Below, piece after piece: positions 57,897 through 64,000 of a DNA stretch of 64,000 bases. The DNA lies in assembly GCA_964057225.1 (NCBI GenBank), contig OZ059896.1, forward strand, positions 22,320,001-22,384,000, written 5' to 3'. The stretch is from Auanema rhodensis (Eukaryota; Animalia; Nematoda). A model generated the notes under the pieces. It was not told the DNA's origin, searched no databases, and saw nothing but the letters and a program-made list of their open reading frames with translations. The translations under genes and the position numbers were made by a program. Every line of letters starts with the position of its first letter. The stretch's first letter is position 1.

Positions 57897-60704
57897 GTCA
57901 AAATGTTTTTGGAAGCAATGTTGAGTGTACATGGAAACTCAACATACACTAATGCATCATTTTTCAAACAATCATAACTAATTTTTGTATTAAGCGTTTC
58001 TCAATGTAGTATAGTGCATTCGATGCGGATTTTTAAGCTGCGTCGATCTGTGTTATCAGATTTGCGCTAGCTTAAAAATGCACCAAGATATCAACTGATA
58101 TAAGTTCACACTTATATCCTCGATTTTCACCCTAAAGAATTAATTTTTTCGTTGAATAACATTGTCCATCGTCTTTGCCTTGAATAAAGGAATCTAAAAA
58201 CATCTACTTTTTGCTAAATTATTTTGAAATTTTTCGAAAAAATTTTTGTCAAAATGTTTTTGGAAGCAATGTTGCGTGTACATGGAAACTCAACATACAC
58301 TAATGCATCATTTTTCAAACGATCATAACTAATTTTTGTATTAAGCGTTTTTCAATGTAGTATAGTGCATTCGATGCGGATTTTTAAGCTGCGTCGATCT
58401 GTGTTATCAGATTTGCGCTAGCTTAAAAATGCACCAAGATATCAACTGATATAAGTTCACACTTATATCCTCGATTTTCACCCTAAAGAATTAATTTTTT
58501 CGTTGAATAACATTGTCCATCGTCTTTGCCTTGAATAAAGGAATCTAAAAACATCTACTTTTTGCTAAATTATTTCGAAATTTTTCGAAAAAATTTTTGT
58601 CAAAATGTTTTTGGAAGCAATGTTGAGTGTACATGGAAACTCAACATACACTAATGCATCATTTTTCAAACAATCATAACTAATTTTTGTATTAAGCGTT
58701 TCTCAATGTAGTATAGTGCATTCGATGCGGATTTTTAAGCTGCGTCGATCTGTGTTATCAGATTTGCGCTAGCTTAAAAATGCACCAAGATATCAACTGA
58801 TATAAGTTCACACTTATATCCTCGATTTTCACCCTAAAGAATTAATTTTTTCGTTGAATAACATTGTCCATCGTCTTTGCCTTGAATAAAGGAATCTAAA
58901 AACATCTACTTTTTGCTAAATTATTTTGAAATTTTTCGAAAAAATTTTTGTCAAAATGTTTTTGGAAGCAATGTTGAGTGTACATGGAAACTCAACATAC
59001 ACTAATGCATCATTTTTCGAACGATCATAACTAATTTTTGTATTAAGCGTTTTTCAATGTAGTATAGTGCATTCGATGCGGATTTTTAAGCTGCGTCGAT
59101 CTGTGTTATCAGATTTGCGCTAGCTTAAAAATGCACCAAGATATCAACTGATATAAGTTCACACTTATATCCTCGATTTTCACCCTAAAGAATTAATTTT
59201 TTCGTTGAATAACATTGTCCATCGTCTTTGCCTTGAATAAAGGAATCTAAAAACATCTACTTTTTGCTAAATTATTTCGAAATTTTTCGAAAAAATTTTT
59301 GTCAAAATGTTTTTGGAAGCAATGTTGAGTGTACATGGAAACTCAACATACACTAATGCATCATTTTTCAAACAATCATAACTAATTTTTGTATTAAGCG
59401 TTTTTCAATGTAGTATAGTGCATTCGATGCGGATTTTTAAGCTGCGTCGATCTGTGTTATCAGATTTGCGCTAGCTTAAAAATGCACCAAGATATCAACT
59501 GATATAAGTTCACACTTATATCCTCGATTTTCACCCTAAAGAATTAATTTTTTCGTTGAATAACATTGTCCATCGTCTTTGCCTTGAATAAAGGAATTTA
59601 AAAACATCTACTTTTTGCTAAATTATTTCGAAATTTTTCGAAAAAATTTTTGTCAAAATGTTTTTGGAAGCAATGTTGAGTGTACATGGAAACTCAACAT
59701 ACACTAATGCATCATTTTTCAAACGATCATAACTAATTTTTGTATTAAGCGTTTCTCAATGTAGTATAGTGCATTCGATGCGGATTTTTAAGCTGCGTCG
59801 ATCTGTGTTATCAGATTTGCGCTAGCTTAAAAATGCACCAAGATATCAACTGATATAAGTTCACACTTATATCCTCGATTTTCACCCTAAAGAATTAATT
59901 TTTTCGTTGAATAACATTGTCCATCGTCTTTGCCTTGAATAAAGGAATCTAAAAACATCTACTTTTTGCTAAATTATTTCGAAATTTTTCGAAAAAATTT
60001 TTGTCAAAATGTTTTTGGAAGCAATGTTGAGTGTACATGGAAACTCAACATACACTAATGCATCATTTTTCAAACAATCATAACTAATTTTTGTATTAAG
60101 CGTTTCTCAATGTAGTATAGTGCATTCGATGCGGATTTTTAAGCTGCGTCGATCTGTGTTATCAGATTTGCGCTAGCTTAAAAATGCACCAAGATATCAA
60201 CTGATATAAGTTCACACTTATATCCTCGATTTTCACCCTAAAGAATTAATTTTTTCGTTGAATAACATTGTCCATCGTCTTTGCCTTGAATAAAGGAATC
60301 TAAAAACATCTACTTTTTGCTAAATTATTTTGAAATTTTTCGAAAAAATTTTTGTCAAAATGTTTTTGGAAGCAATGTTGAGTGTACATGGAAACTCAAC
60401 ATACACTAATGCATCATTTTTCAAACGATCATAACTAATTTTTGTATTAAGCGTTTTTCAATGTAGTATAGTGCATTCGATGCGGATTTTTAAGCTGCGT
60501 CGATCTGTGTTATCAGATTTGCGCTAGCTTAAAAATGCACCAAGATATCAACTGATATAAGTTCACACTTATATCCTCGATTTTCACCCTAAAGAATTAA
60601 TTTTTTCGTTGAATAACATTGTCCATCGTCTTTGCCTTGAATAAAGGAATCTAAAAACATCTACTTTTTGCTAAATTATTCCGAAATTTTTCGAAAAAAT
60701 TTTT
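57897..60704. repeat. 2-monomer (702-bp) periodicity, four units
   Basis: aaacAatc variant at 57970, 58672, 59374 and 60076. Confidence 0.88.
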
Positions 60705-61406
60705 GTCAAAATGTTTTTGGAAGCAATGTTGAGTGTACATGGAAACTCAACATACACTAATGCATCATTTTTCAAACGATCATAACTAATTTTTGTATTA
60801 AGCGTTTCTCAATGTAATATAGTGCATTCAATGCGGATTTTTAAGCTGCGTCGATCTGTGTTATCAGATTTGCGCTAGCTTAAAAATGCACCGAGATATC
60901 AACTGATATAAGTTCACACTTATATCCTCGATTTTCACCCTGAAGAATTAATTTTTTCGTTGAATAACACTGTCCATCGTCTTTGCCTTGAAAAATGGAA
61001 TCTAAAAACATCTACTTTTTGCTAAATTATTTTGAAATTTTTCGAAAAAATTTTTGTCAAAATGTTTTTGGAAGCAATGTTGAGTGTACATGGAAACTCA
61101 ACATACACTAATGCATCATTTTTCAAACGATCATAACTAATTTTTGTATTAAGCGTTTTTCAATGTAGTATAGTGCATTCGATGCGGATTTTTAAGCTGC
61201 GTCGATCTGTGTTATCAGATTTGCGCTAGCTTAAAAATGCACCAAGATATCAACTGATATAAGTTCACACTTATATCCTCGATTTTCACCCTAAAGAATT
61301 AATTTTTTCGTTGAATAACATTGTCCATCGTCTTTGCCTTGAAAACTGGAATCTAAAAACATCTACTTTTTGCTAAATTATTTCGAAATTTTTCGAAAAA
61401 ATTTTT

Positions 61407-63560
61407 GTCAAAATGTTTTTGGAAGCAATGTTGAGTGTACATGGAAACTCAACATACACTAATGCATCATTTTTCAAACGATCATAACTAATTTTTGTAT
61501 TAAGCGTTTTTCAATGTAGTATAGTGCATTCGATGCGGATTTTTAAGCTGCGTCGATCTGTGTTATCAGATTTGCGCTAGCTTAAAAATGCACCAAGATA
61601 TCAACTGATATAAGTTCACACTTATATCCTCGATTTTCACCCTAAAGAATTAATTTTTTCGTTGAATAACATTGTCCATCGTCTTTGCCTTGAAAACTGG
61701 AATCTAAAAACATCTACTTTTTGCTAAATTATTTCGAAATTTTTCGAAAAAATTTTTGTCAAAATGTTTTTGGAAGCAATGTTGAGTGTACATGGAAACT
61801 CAACATACACTAATGCATCATTTTTCAAATGATCATAACTAATTTTTGTATTAAGCGTTTTTCAATGTAGTATAGTGCATTCGATGCGGATTTTTAAGCT
61901 GCGTCGATCTGTGTTATCAGATTTGCGCTAGCTTAAAAATGCACCAAGATATCAACTGATATAAGTTCACACTTATATCCTCGATTTTCACCCTAAAGAA
62001 TTAATTTTTTCGTTGAATAACATTGTCCATCGTCTTTGCCTTGAATAAAGGAATTTAAAAACATCTACTTTTTGCTAAATTATTTCGAAATTTTTCGAAA
62101 AAATTTTTGTCAAAATGTTTTTGGAAGCAATGTTGAGTGTACATGGAAACTCAACATACACTAATGCATCATTTTTCAAACGATCATAACTAATTTTTGT
62201 ATTAAGCGTTTCTCAATGTAGTATAGTGCATTCAATGCGGATTTTTAAGCTGCGTCGATCTGCGTTATCAGATTTGCGCTAGCTTAAAAATGCACCGAGA
62301 TATCAACTGATATAAGTTCACACTTATATCCTCGATTTTCACCCTGAAGAATCAATTTTTTCGTTGAATAACACTGTCCATCGTCTTTGCTTTGAAAAAT
62401 GGAATCTAAAAACATTTACTTTTTGCTAAATTATTTTGAAATTTTTCGAAAAAATTTTTGGAAGCAATGTTGAGTGTACATGGAAACTCAACATACACTA
62501 ATGCATCATTTTTCAAACGATCATAACTAATTTTTGTATTAAGCGTTTTTCAATGTAGTATAGTGCATTCGATGCGGATTTTTAAGCTGCGTCGATCTGT
62601 GTTATCAGATTTGCGCTAGCTTAAAAATGCACCAAGATATCAACTGATATAAGTTCACACTTATATCCTCGATTTTCACCCTAAAGAATTAATTTTTTCG
62701 TTGAATAACATTGTCCATCGTCTTTGCCTTGAAAACTGGAATCTAAAAACATCTACTTTTTGCTAAATTATTTCGAAATTTTTCGAAAAAATTTTTGTCA
62801 AAATGTTTTTGGAAGCAATGTTGAGTGTACATGGAAACTCAACATACACTAATGCATCATTTTTCAAACGATCATAACTAATTTTTGTATTAAGCGTTTT
62901 TCAATGTAGTATAGTGCATTCGATGCGGATTTTTAAGCTGCGTCGATCTGTGTTATCAGATTTGCGCTAGCTTAAAAATGCACCAAGATATCAACTGATA
63001 TAAGTTCACACTTATATCCTCGATTTTCACCCTAAAGAATTAATTTTTTCGTTGAATAACATTGTCCATCGTCTTTGCCTTGAATAAAGGAATTTAAAAA
63101 CATCTACTTTTTGCTAAATTATTTCGAAATTTTTTGAAAAAATTTTTGTCAAAATGTTTTTGGAAGCAATGTTGAGTGTACATGGAAACTCAACATACAC
63201 TAATGCATCATTTTTCAAACGATCATAACTAATTTTTGTATTAAGCGTTTCTCAATGTAGTATAGTGCATTCAATGCGGATTTTTAAGCTGCGTCGATCT
63301 GCGTTATCAGATTTGCGCTAGCTTAAAAATGCACCGAGATATCAACTGATATAAGTTCACACTTATATCCTCGATTTTCACCCTGAAGAATCAATTTTTT
63401 CGTTGAATAACACTGTCCATCGTCTTTGCTTTGAAAAATGGAATCTAAAAACATTTACTTTTTGCTAAATTATTTTGAAATTTTTCGAAAAAATTTTTGG
63501 AAGCAATGTTGAGTGTACATGGAAACTCAACATACACTAATGCATCATTTTTCAAACGAT
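61407..63560. repeat. 3-monomer (1039-bp) tandem duplication containing a 14-bp deletion
   Basis: Deletion junctions at 62460 and 63499 (1039 = 3x351-14); shared variants tctgCgtt, gaatCaatt, catTtact, gcTttgaa. Confidence 0.9.
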
Positions 63561-64000
63561 CATAACTAATTTTTGTATTAAGCGTTTCTCAATGTAGTAT
63601 AGTGCATTCGATGCGGATTTTTAAGCTGCGTCGATCTGTGTTATCAGATTTGCGCTAGCTTAAAAATGCACCGAGATATCAACTGATATAAGTTCACACT
63701 TATATCCTCGATTTTCACCCTAAAGAATTAATTTTTTCGTTGAATAACATTGTCCATCGTCTTTGCCTTGAAAACTGGAATCTAAAAACATCTACTTTTT
63801 GCTAAATTATTTCGAAATTTTTCGAAAAAATTTTTGTCAAAATGTTTTTGGAAGCAATGTTGAGTGTACATGGAAACTCAACATACACTAATGCATCATT
63901 TTTCAAACGATCATAACTAATTTTTGTATTAAGCGTTTTTCAATGTAGTATAGTGCATTCGATGCGGATTTTTAAGCTGCGTCGATCTGTGTTATCAGAT

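Larger units (their letters stand above)
1..64000. repeat. Tandem satellite DNA array, 351-bp monomer, ~182.5 copies in one orientation
   Basis: gtcaaaatgtttttggaagc recurs at 1, 352, 703 ... 7021 (=1+20x351). The last monomer starts at 63836 = 1+182x351-47, which matches the 47 bp of deletions seen (five 1-bp, three 14-bp). No non-monomer sequence was seen. Confidence 0.99.

Noticed and set aside
1-64000. CRISPR array, or cassette array with unique spacers
   Set aside because: No unique spacers; the entire unit repeats, and no cas, integrase or reverse transcriptase gene is present.
1-64000. Rolling-circle or amplification concatemer of a single circle, or assembly artefact
   Set aside because: Linked subtypes, positional gradients and nested duplications indicate an evolved genomic array. 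Exact monomer order still needs long-read confirmation.

Overview
The whole 64 kb window is one uninterrupted head-to-tail tandem array of a 351-bp AT-rich monomer (~32% GC by hand count): 182 complete copies plus a 165-bp partial copy starting at 63836. Neither array end is in the window. I see no genes, RNA genes, transposon insertions, inversions or CRISPR spacers. It reads as eukaryotic (peri)centromeric or heterochromatic satellite DNA, but I cannot name the family or host. Monomers differ by only a few substitutions, mostly at monomer positions ~238-253, ~289-293 and 329. These define recurring subtypes, labelled here A (gaagaaatactttttccg/gaaaaaagg/atttcg), B (gaaggaataa), C (cacacatat, gaaaactgg), D (gaataaagg), E (caccaag, ccctaaag) and F (gaaaaatgg). 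Subtypes change along the array and form short-lived 2-, 3-, 4-, 5- and 10-monomer duplications plus ~8-kb duplications, with no single stable higher-order repeat. The monomer is rich in inverted repeats. The eight 63-aa ORFs arise from one stop-removing substitution and are not genes. I found no convincing novel biological system; the interest is in monomer structure and array evolution.
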